The position numbers were made by a program, and so were the translations under genes. Below, piece after piece: positions 11,216-19,132 of a stretch of DNA of 64,000 bases (the stretch's first letter is position 1; each line of letters opens with the position of its first letter). The stretch comes from an uncultured Prevotellaceae bacterium (GTDB lineage: Bacteria > Bacteroidota > Bacteroidia > Bacteroidales > Bacteroidaceae), in contig CACXTX010000030.1 in NCBI GenBank assembly GCA_902770635.1, positions 2,467 to 66,466 on the forward strand, written 5' to 3'. The notes beneath the pieces are model-generated. The model did no database searches, had not been told where the DNA came from, and was given only the letters and a program-made list of their open reading frames with translations.

Positions 11216-11806
11216 TTAATTAATACTTACTTGCAAATTAATATTAGCAAGAGTGACGATATCACCACTCTTGAGGGACATTGGAACGTCTGGCTGAACC
11301 TCCCGTTGGTTAAGCTTTGTACCATTGGATGAATGCTTATCAATCACACACCATCCTGTATCTGGCTTATAAATCAGTTGGGCATGTACACCAGAGATGT
11401 ACATATTGCCTTCAAACAATTGCTGGTAGGGTCCTTGACGACGTCCGATAATAGCGCCATTAACACCTACCATACGGATGTCGAGCGTAGGATTATAGAG
11501 GGTAAGAGTAGGAATACCAGACTGGGCAGGTAACTGGGAGCCATCAGCAACTCGATGAGAAGTCGCAACAAAAGGCTCTCTATGGCTGGTTGCCATACCA
11601 ACATAGGACTGGGACACCTGTTGCTGGCGCTGATTGCGTTGTTGCTCCAATTCATTGTAGCTGACCATAAGGCCACCGCAATGAGTACAGCGACGTCCCA
11701 TACCCACACGTCCGCAATTACAGCAGTAAACGAGTTCCTGACCACACTGATCACAATAGCGTGAATCGTCCTCTATCTCTTCTTTACAACTTGGGCATAT
11801 AATCAT
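11216..11806 (-). CDS. Zinc-ribbon + FHA domain protein
   Basis: N-terminal CPSC/CDQC/CCNC/CTHC. C-terminal FHA with conserved GR (IIGRR), SxxH (ISGVHA) and NGT (SSNGT). Confidence 0.9.
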   Translation of the reverse strand: MIICPSCKEEIEDDSRYCDQCGQELVYCCNCGRVGMGRRCTHCGGLMVSYNELEQQRNQRQQQVSQSYVGMATSHREPFVATSHRVADGSQLPAQSGIPTLTLYNPTLDIRMVGVNGAIIGRRQGPYQQLFEGNMYISGVHAQLIYKPDTGWCVIDKHSSNGTKLNQREVQPDVPMSLKSGDIVTLANINLQVSIN

Positions 11807-11808
11807 AG

Positions 11809-14800
11809 TTATTCCTTAATATCTTCTGGCAAAATCAGTTGATAAGTCTCTTGCGTTACCTCCGACGGCGACATCAGGCTGACACGCAATGAGAGTTGTT
11901 GAATCGTTTCATCCAGCAGGTTGCGCATCTCACGAGCATTGCCAAAGTTCTTAGTCTTATTATAAACCATGTGAGCAATGACATCCATAAGTCTGGATTC
12001 TGCTTCTGGCGACAGTTTGTAGTTGTCTTTTGCAGCCATCTTTATGAATATTTCGCCCAGTTCGTCAGCCGTATAGTCATCGATGTGCATCTTATGAGAG
12101 AAGCGACTTGCCAACCCTGGATTGATAGAGAGGAAGGTCTCCATTTCTTCACGATACCCTGCTGCAATAACAACGAACTTACCACGATCGTCTTCCATAC
12201 GTTTCATCAGCGTGTCTATGGCCTCCTTACCATATGGATCATTCTCCGCAGAAAGTGTATATGCCTCGTCAATAAACAGGATGCCACCCATAGCCTTATC
12301 ACACATGTTATTGACTATCTTGGGTGTTTCACCCATGTATTTGCCAACAAGTGTTGCACGACTGGCTTCTATAACGCGACTGGTAGGCAAAATCTCCATA
12401 GACTGAAGTATCTCACCCATTTTACGAGCAACAGAAGTCTTACCCGTTCCAGGATTACCCGTAAGGATAAAGTTCATGGCCATCTGCTGAACCTTACCAG
12501 CACCCAATGCAGCACGTTGTTTCATAAACATGCTCTGAACGGCAAGGCGACGAATCAGATTCTTCACAGAAAGCATGCCGATAAATTCATCGAGTTCGTT
12601 AAGAACCTCGTCAAGAGGACGAATCTTTTCACTCTGCCCCACAGCCAAATCGGCAACGGTAATGCGATACATATCCGCACTGTTGAACGCAGGGTTGTTC
12701 ATCTCCGCAATTAAGCGTTGACTCTGCTTCTCAACGGCCTGATCAAAAATGCGACGTGCCTCACGAGCATTTCCAAAGTTTTTGTCACGACGCAGGTAGA
12801 GTTGCTCAAACTGGCGATGAATAGCTCCACGAGTTTCGTCATCAACAGTAAAGTTCTTGTCTTTGGCGAGATTAATGAATATTTGTGTCAACTCGTCTGG
12901 AGTATAATCCTCGAAATGAATTGTCTGTGTGAAACGACTCTTTAATCCAGGATTCGTATCAATGAAATCATGCATCTGGTCAGTATAACCTGCTACAATA
13001 CAAATAAACTTCCCACGATCATCTTCCAAACGTTTCAACAAAGTATCAATGGCCTCCGAACCAAAACTATCTTGATCATTCGATTTCAAGGTATAGGCCT
13101 CATCTATAAAGAGGACACCACCCATTGCCGAGTCAATGAGCTGATTAGTCTTAATGGCAGTCTGACCAGAATACCCAGCAACAAGTTTTGAACGATCTGC
13201 CTCAACCAACTGACCACGAGAAAGAATACCAAGACTACGGAATACATCAGCCATGATGCGGGCTACAGTGGTTTTACCCGTACCAGGATTGCCCGTAAAG
13301 ACATAATGCTTCCCTTGGAAAGTATTAGTCTCACCACGACGAATTTGCAAATTGAGGAAGGCAGCAAGATTGGAAATCTCTTTCTTGACAGAAGCCAGTC
13401 CCACCATACCATCGAGTTTTGCCAGACATTCGTTATAGTTGACTGCTTTAGGAGCCTCATAAGGAATATCGTCAACGGTTATGGTCATCAGCTGCTCGTC
13501 AGAAAGGGTAGAAATATCAACCTTCTGCAAGCGCTCTGCCTGTTTGGCCACAATCTTATCAAAGAGCTGACGCATGGTACGCCCATTGGCAAAGTCTTTC
13601 TCTCGAGCATTGTATATCTCAGTAATCATCTTGAGCGTCAATTCCCTAGCATCAGGTGCAAAACGGTACTTTTTCTCTTGAGCAAAGACTTCCATAATCT
13701 GATATAGCTGATCAGGTGTATAGTCGTCGATATTTAGGAAATAACTAAAGCGACTGCGGAAGCCAACATTAATACGGAAGAGATTCTCCATCTCCGTTCG
13801 ATAACCTGCGGCTATGACCACAAATTTTCCACGGTCGTCTTCCATACGCTTCATTAATTGCTCCAAAGCCTGAGCACCTTGATTATCACGCTCACCACTC
13901 TGACTAAGAGGTGCTAACGTGTAAGCTTCATCGACAAAGAGAATACCACCCATAGCCTTATCGCAAAGACTGTCAACCACCTTTGGCGTCTCACCCTGGT
14001 ACGGACTAACCATCTTAGAGCGGTCCACCTCAACTACATGTCCACTATCCAGATAACCAATAGACTCTAGGATCTCACCAAGTTTACGAGCTATGGTGGT
14101 CTTGCCTGTACCAGGATTACCAGTGAGAACAATGTGAATACCCATTTTCTGTTGCTCACCTAATCCGCGTTGGGCACGCTCAATATTGTTGTGAACAGTA
14201 AGGGCAATCTCGTGAACGGCCTGTTTAACCTCATCCATACCAATGTAATGGTCGAGATCGCTAAGGATATCCTCTAGAGAACGCTCCTCAGGTACATAGC
14301 CACGGATATCCTTTTCCTCAACCATAGAGGCTGCTGTTCCCCGACTGATGAAAGAGGTAAAGATATCTTCTGCTGTCTTGACAGCCACATGAGCATATCC
14401 AAACGTTTCATCCTTGATTTTCAGTTGATATTGGAAGAGACGTTGCAAACGCCGTTCAGCTTCAGGAGTATAGGCTGAAATTCCATATTTTGTGCGCAAT
14501 TCAAGCTTACAGATTTCGCAGAGTTCCTGAAAACCAGGAACAGGCAATCGGAATGTGTATTTAAATCGGTTCTGAGCAGCAGGGTTAGCAGCCAGAAAAT
14601 CATCAAGACCCTTGGGCAGACCCGCCATGATAACAATGGGGTTCTCATCCCATTTATCCATCTCAACAAACAGTTTATCAAGTGGATTAACTTGGTTGGA
14701 ATAACGATCTGGTAGCAATTTCTGAACATTATCAAAGAAAAGGATACCTCCCCTAGCCTTCTGCACGTTCTCGTCCCACTTATCAACAAAACGCTGATAG

Positions 14801-15120
14801 TCGACAGCATCGACCATAGTAAGCTGGGGTTTCTCTATAATCCTGTATTGATAAAAATAGTCGCGGATGATTTCTGCCAAGGCCGTCTTACCAGTACCTG
14901 TCTCACCAATGATGATGGTATTCACACTCAGACGGACATTAATCACGTCCTTTCGAGTATGCAGATAGGTATAGGTGTCAACAACATTTTTCAGCTGCCT
15001 CTTCACCTCGTCAAGCCCGACCATACGGTCTAGTACATTCTGCGATACAAGTGGCTGACCACAGTACTTACAGAACTTGGCTATCGATCGGTTTTCTTTT
15101 TGACAATGCTCACAAACCAT
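11809..15120 (-). CDS. Zinc-ribbon protein with four tandem CbbX/SpoVK/EccA-type AAA+ modules
   Basis: N-terminal CEHC...CKYC. Walker A GETGTGKT then GNPGTGKT three times. Walker B FFDNV, FVDEAY, FIDEAY, FIDEAY. Lid motifs (F)A/GNxRxxRxxF recur. Confidence 0.9.
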   Translation of the reverse strand: MVCEHCQKENRSIAKFCKYCGQPLVSQNVLDRMVGLDEVKRQLKNVVDTYTYLHTRKDVINVRLSVNTIIIGETGTGKTALAEIIRDYFYQYRIIEKPQLTMVDAVDYQRFVDKWDENVQKARGGILFFDNVQKLLPDRYSNQVNPLDKLFVEMDKWDENPIVIMAGLPKGLDDFLAANPAAQNRFKYTFRLPVPGFQELCEICKLELRTKYGISAYTPEAERRLQRLFQYQLKIKDETFGYAHVAVKTAEDIFTSFISRGTAASMVEEKDIRGYVPEERSLEDILSDLDHYIGMDEVKQAVHEIALTVHNNIERAQRGLGEQQKMGIHIVLTGNPGTGKTTIARKLGEILESIGYLDSGHVVEVDRSKMVSPYQGETPKVVDSLCDKAMGGILFVDEAYTLAPLSQSGERDNQGAQALEQLMKRMEDDRGKFVVIAAGYRTEMENLFRINVGFRSRFSYFLNIDDYTPDQLYQIMEVFAQEKKYRFAPDARELTLKMITEIYNAREKDFANGRTMRQLFDKIVAKQAERLQKVDISTLSDEQLMTITVDDIPYEAPKAVNYNECLAKLDGMVGLASVKKEISNLAAFLNLQIRRGETNTFQGKHYVFTGNPGTGKTTVARIMADVFRSLGILSRGQLVEADRSKLVAGYSGQTAIKTNQLIDSAMGGVLFIDEAYTLKSNDQDSFGSEAIDTLLKRLEDDRGKFICIVAGYTDQMHDFIDTNPGLKSRFTQTIHFEDYTPDELTQIFINLAKDKNFTVDDETRGAIHRQFEQLYLRRDKNFGNAREARRIFDQAVEKQSQRLIAEMNNPAFNSADMYRITVADLAVGQSEKIRPLDEVLNELDEFIGMLSVKNLIRRLAVQSMFMKQRAALGAGKVQQMAMNFILTGNPGTGKTSVARKMGEILQSMEILPTSRVIEASRATLVGKYMGETPKIVNNMCDKAMGGILFIDEAYTLSAENDPYGKEAIDTLMKRMEDDRGKFVVIAAGYREEMETFLSINPGLASRFSHKMHIDDYTADELGEIFIKMAAKDNYKLSPEAESRLMDVIAHMVYNKTKNFGNAREMRNLLDETIQQLSLRVSLMSPSEVTQETYQLILPEDIKE

Positions 15121-15124
15121 ATTC

Positions 15125-18079
15125 TTATTCTACGTCTTTCTGTATTTGTTTTATAACCCCAGATGGATTAATCTTAACGCTTCCGAAATCCGGGTGACGA
15201 TTCAAGAGTTTCGGACTAACAACTATCATTTCCAATACCAGCAAGGCAAATAGCATACTCCATAATATATAGTGAAGTACGGACTCACCACTGATGGATC
15301 GAATCTGGTTCGTCACGTCATCAAGCATATTGAACTTGGATCCCTTAAACTTAAACGACTTTTGCTTGAAAGTATAGTAAAGAGGTTCAAGGAGTTCTGA
15401 CTTGATATCGTCTTCCATCACTTCATTTACCAACTGATTGTCACCACGTGAATCTCCACGGAAATCTGTCAGATGACATATCAACATATATACTAACGTA
15501 ATAACGATAACGGCTGGAACCAACATGGTGGGATAGGTCGTATTGACAAACTTCAACACCAATACCGTAATATAGGACGAGAAGAAGCCTAATAGTCCCC
15601 ACAGACAGGAAAGAACAAAGCCATATCCGCGAAAGAATGCTCGCATACCTACAATGATGGCGGTCATACCACCAAGAGGCAGGGAGATGGTAAGGAGAGT
15701 GTGGCTAAAAACATAATCGCGATTGTTGATGCCTAACAAAGCAACCATAGCAATCCACAAGGCACTAAGCACATAGTAGGTAAGACGCCACGTATTCTCC
15801 TTAGCACGAGCACGATGATAATTCGTACGTACCTCCTTGTATTTTCTGGCAGTTTCCTCCTTGGCCGTGACATAACGCTTATAATATCTCTGATTATGGT
15901 CTATCTCACCAACGTCAAGTAGCCATTTTTCCAAAGTGCGTTCATAGCTATATGCCTCGTTGAAATGCTCATTGGGGTCTTCATGGAAAAACACAGACAT
16001 CCACTGGCTCAATGCACCACGCTTAATCTCAGGTATCAGAGCAGGACGATGAGCCAACTTGTCGAAATCACGTCCATCTCGCAACTCCAAGCCATCCTGA
16101 AGGACATAGGTAGGAAGAGCACCCAGAATACGGCAGAAACGATAAGCTGCCGTACGAAGATCATAGGCACTCAGTCGTTCACGGTTTTCCTCACTGCGTA
16201 AATCGAAGCATGCACGACACTGGCTAAGTGGCTCAAACCAGCCATGTAATTGAGCAAAATAGGCAAAGCGACCATCTGAACTTGAATAATCGCTAATCAC
16301 CTCAGCAAACTCTTCGTCTGTTAAATGTTGCCATTGCCTCATCTGTTCGCAAAGAATCTCACCCACCTTCAATGGTGTATCAGCTTCTCGAAGATCGTAA
16401 GCAGCATCACGGTCTATGTTATAAAGAACCTTATAACCCAAAGAACGGGTAGGTTTCTTACCTTGAGTCATGATACGAAGAGCTTCGCAAGCCATCTTAT
16501 CCTCATGACTATACATCCAAGACAGCAAACGCCCATCACACAGACTGGTCCACTCGTCCTCTGAACAGTCCTCATAACCAAACGAGTGTACTATCTCTGT
16601 AAGATTACTGGAAGGATATTTAGGCAAGAAAGGTATTTCGCTGTCTATCTCGTAGAGGGTTTTCAAGATGGCTATACGCATCTCGTATGGACTTTCTGAA
16701 TTGAAATATCCACGCAGTCGGTTTATATCTACCTTGGAATGTGACTCAATATACAGGAACAAAGAATCGTTAGGATTTCGTAATGCCAAGATATACTCTT
16801 CCTGATAGCTAAGCACCGAAATAGCAACACTGTGGATATCTTCGCAAAGGTTGCCATGAAGATCCTTATAGGGATAAGTAGGCTCCATCGCATAAACAGC
16901 AGCCATCAAGCCAGCTTTCTGGTCAACAGGATAACGGTTGGTCACAATATCCTTCACCGCAGAACTCAGTTTGATATTACCACTTTGCTCCAACCAACTG
17001 GCTATACGTCCATTGTATAAGTAACTGATAGCCAGTCGCTCATTATCAAGCAACAAGGGAATAAGCTCATGAACATTATCAGCCACAAGATTCTGCTCAG
17101 GGTCAACTACGAAACTGCGATATTTCAACAAAGGAGAAGAAACATCTACCTTGACATCCTCACCCAAGAACCAACGCTCTACCTCGTCGTACCCCCAACG
17201 GCTCTGAGGATTAACGGCTGTCAATCCCTGGACTATCATCTTCACACGGTCGGGCAGTTCATTGATACGAGGAAGACGTCCTTCGTTCTTCTTACGCATC
17301 ATGACACGTTCATTTTGGCTCAAAGGATTCTCACCCAGCCATAGCGCCATCAGCGTAATACCAAGAGAATAGAAGTCAACAGATGGAGTAATCTCGACCT
17401 CTCCATCAATCACATCTGTGTACATCTCAGGAGCAGCAAAAACCGGTGTTCGTGCCTGAGTGGTTCGATGCAAACGTTCTTCTCCCTCCATGATACTAGA
17501 AATGCCGAAATCGCCCAGAACAACCTCCTTATGGTCCTTATCACGGAAGAAATAGTTGCTAGGCTTAATATCCTTATGGATGATATTATTGTTGTGGCAA
17601 TAAGCCAAAGCAGCAGCGGCTTGAAGGGCTATACGACGGAATTGGACAAAATTACCGTTAAGGTCGTATTCTGCCAACGTACCACCACGGAGGTATTCCA
17701 TCAGTTCATAATCGCGATTCTTACCGTCAACATAGGTCTTGCCATAATCAACAACACGAACCAGCATCTCCATATTGAAGTTTTGGACAATACGCATCAG
17801 CTGTTTCTTAATCGTAAAATTGGGATAGTATATTTTCAATACCATCTCACCTTCTTCACCCTGAACCAGGTAAATCTGGGCTTCACCGGAATTATCACTA
17901 AGACACTTGATGCCACGATAGATGCGACCTTTCAGTATGAAATCGCCATCACCTGCTTGAGAGTTATCAGCAACACTACCTGGTCTAACCGTTGCATCGA
18001 CACTACGTTTAGAGATTGTCGGTGCATCACCTACTCGGATGGTTGCACCCATATCTGGTTTTCTTATGGTCTCGTCCAT
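15125..18079 (-). CDS. Hanks-type Ser/Thr protein kinase with helical middle region and C-terminal transmembrane helices
   Basis: VLK, HKDIKPSN, DFG, APE and SVDFYSLG motifs; about five hydrophobic segments near the C-terminus. Confidence 0.93.
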   Translation of the reverse strand: MDETIRKPDMGATIRVGDAPTISKRSVDATVRPGSVADNSQAGDGDFILKGRIYRGIKCLSDNSGEAQIYLVQGEEGEMVLKIYYPNFTIKKQLMRIVQNFNMEMLVRVVDYGKTYVDGKNRDYELMEYLRGGTLAEYDLNGNFVQFRRIALQAAAALAYCHNNNIIHKDIKPSNYFFRDKDHKEVVLGDFGISSIMEGEERLHRTTQARTPVFAAPEMYTDVIDGEVEITPSVDFYSLGITLMALWLGENPLSQNERVMMRKKNEGRLPRINELPDRVKMIVQGLTAVNPQSRWGYDEVERWFLGEDVKVDVSSPLLKYRSFVVDPEQNLVADNVHELIPLLLDNERLAISYLYNGRIASWLEQSGNIKLSSAVKDIVTNRYPVDQKAGLMAAVYAMEPTYPYKDLHGNLCEDIHSVAISVLSYQEEYILALRNPNDSLFLYIESHSKVDINRLRGYFNSESPYEMRIAILKTLYEIDSEIPFLPKYPSSNLTEIVHSFGYEDCSEDEWTSLCDGRLLSWMYSHEDKMACEALRIMTQGKKPTRSLGYKVLYNIDRDAAYDLREADTPLKVGEILCEQMRQWQHLTDEEFAEVISDYSSSDGRFAYFAQLHGWFEPLSQCRACFDLRSEENRERLSAYDLRTAAYRFCRILGALPTYVLQDGLELRDGRDFDKLAHRPALIPEIKRGALSQWMSVFFHEDPNEHFNEAYSYERTLEKWLLDVGEIDHNQRYYKRYVTAKEETARKYKEVRTNYHRARAKENTWRLTYYVLSALWIAMVALLGINNRDYVFSHTLLTISLPLGGMTAIIVGMRAFFRGYGFVLSCLWGLLGFFSSYITVLVLKFVNTTYPTMLVPAVIVITLVYMLICHLTDFRGDSRGDNQLVNEVMEDDIKSELLEPLYYTFKQKSFKFKGSKFNMLDDVTNQIRSISGESVLHYILWSMLFALLVLEMIVVSPKLLNRHPDFGSVKINPSGVIKQIQKDVE

Positions 18080-18084
18080 AAATA

Positions 18085-19023
18085 TTACTTGTCGTCCTTA
18101 ATTTCTTCCCTACTGTTCTTTCCTAACACAACCCACTTACCACCCAGATGGGGCTTTGCACATCCACAAGGGCTGCTGTGCATGGCATGCTTGTAATTGC
18201 AGACCCACGCCAAACGTACCCCTTGTGGCTTGCAGGCCATAGCATAGTTACGAGCCTTTACTGGCGATGATGTGGGAACGACAGCCAATTTGTCTAGAAT
18301 AGCCGACAACATTTTGATCTTGACCATCTTTTGCTCCTCCAATTCTTCACGAGTCATACGTTTCGACTCTACCTTGGGAATAACAGGGATTTCCACACCC
18401 TCATCCTTGGCCAAGAGAGTCAAGACACGCTCACGAAGCCTTGCATTCATCTGTTCTCGTACTATATCACGCTCAGAATTATAGGGAAGTGCATTTTCCA
18501 ATTTGGAGTAATCGCGAACAATTTCTAGCAGCTCCTGATAGTCAGGATTCAGTTGCAGTTGCTTCACCAAAAAACGGGCTTCATCTGTCAAGGCAGTACC
18601 ACACTTCTTACAGAAAGAAAATTCGTTCAGCGTGTGACAGGTAGGGCATACGATGCCTCCACGAGGGCTTCCGCAATCGGGGCAATAAGGTTCAATACCC
18701 GAAAGATGAGCTCCACAGAAAGAACATACATCTTTTTTGATATAGTGATGACATGACTCACAGAAATCTGCGTCTGGATCTATCTCTGCGCCACAATGTG
18801 GACAAATCATTTTACTAATAGGCTGACCGCATCGGGCACAAAACATAGCCTCAAGTTCATTGACAGCACCACAATAAGGGCAAGGACGCCCTGCTGCCTG
18901 AGCTTGTTTCTGAGCCATTTTCATCTGCATCGGCCCCTGCTCCAGGCGTATGCCACGCTCAAACATCTGCTGAGGTCTCAGTGTCCTTTGAGTTTTCTCG
19001 TTATCTGGGTTGTTATCAAACAT
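18085..19023 (-). CDS. Multi (double) zinc-ribbon protein with eight CxxC motifs
   Basis: CPYC, CARC, CPHC, CESC, CSFC, CPDC, CPTC, CKKC. Start moved to ATG 19023 because a TAACTTTG promoter box lies at 19044-19051, inside the ORF-track extension. Confidence 0.8.
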   Translation of the reverse strand: MFDNNPDNEKTQRTLRPQQMFERGIRLEQGPMQMKMAQKQAQAAGRPCPYCGAVNELEAMFCARCGQPISKMICPHCGAEIDPDADFCESCHHYIKKDVCSFCGAHLSGIEPYCPDCGSPRGGIVCPTCHTLNEFSFCKKCGTALTDEARFLVKQLQLNPDYQELLEIVRDYSKLENALPYNSERDIVREQMNARLRERVLTLLAKDEGVEIPVIPKVESKRMTREELEEQKMVKIKMLSAILDKLAVVPTSSPVKARNYAMACKPQGVRLAWVCNYKHAMHSSPCGCAKPHLGGKWVVLGKNSREEIKDDK

Positions 19024-19043
19024 AGTAGTAAGTATTATTGATG

Positions 19044-19051
19044 CAAAGTTA
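19044..19051 (-). promoter_or_regulatory. Bacteroidota primary-sigma -7 box (TAACTTTG) for the kinase/AAA operon
   Basis: Exact TAnnTTTG match 20 nt upstream of the first start codon and just downstream of the pepO terminator. Confidence 0.7.
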
Positions 19052-19073
19052 ACCATTTTTTCATAAACACACA

Positions 19074-19112
19074 AAAAACCGCCGTAAATTTTACATTTAC
19101 GACGGCATTTTT
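19074..19112 (-). terminator. Probable intrinsic terminator after pepO
   Basis: GCCGT(C)...ACGACGGC / AAAAACCGCCGTAAAT stem flanked by A/T runs, about 20 nt after the stop codon. Confidence 0.55.
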
Positions 19113-19132
19113 ATTAGTTTTTGCAACAATTA

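Noticed and set aside
10465-19023. Calling the kinase operon a T6SS/T7SS regulatory cluster or a TerY-P triad
   Set aside because: No secretion structural genes, WXG100/FtsK-type ATPase or vWA (TerY) protein is present in the window.
19024-19074. ORF-track start of the Zn-ribbon gene at 19074
   Set aside because: The extension contains the TAACTTTG promoter box and abuts the pepO terminator; ATG 19023 fits better.
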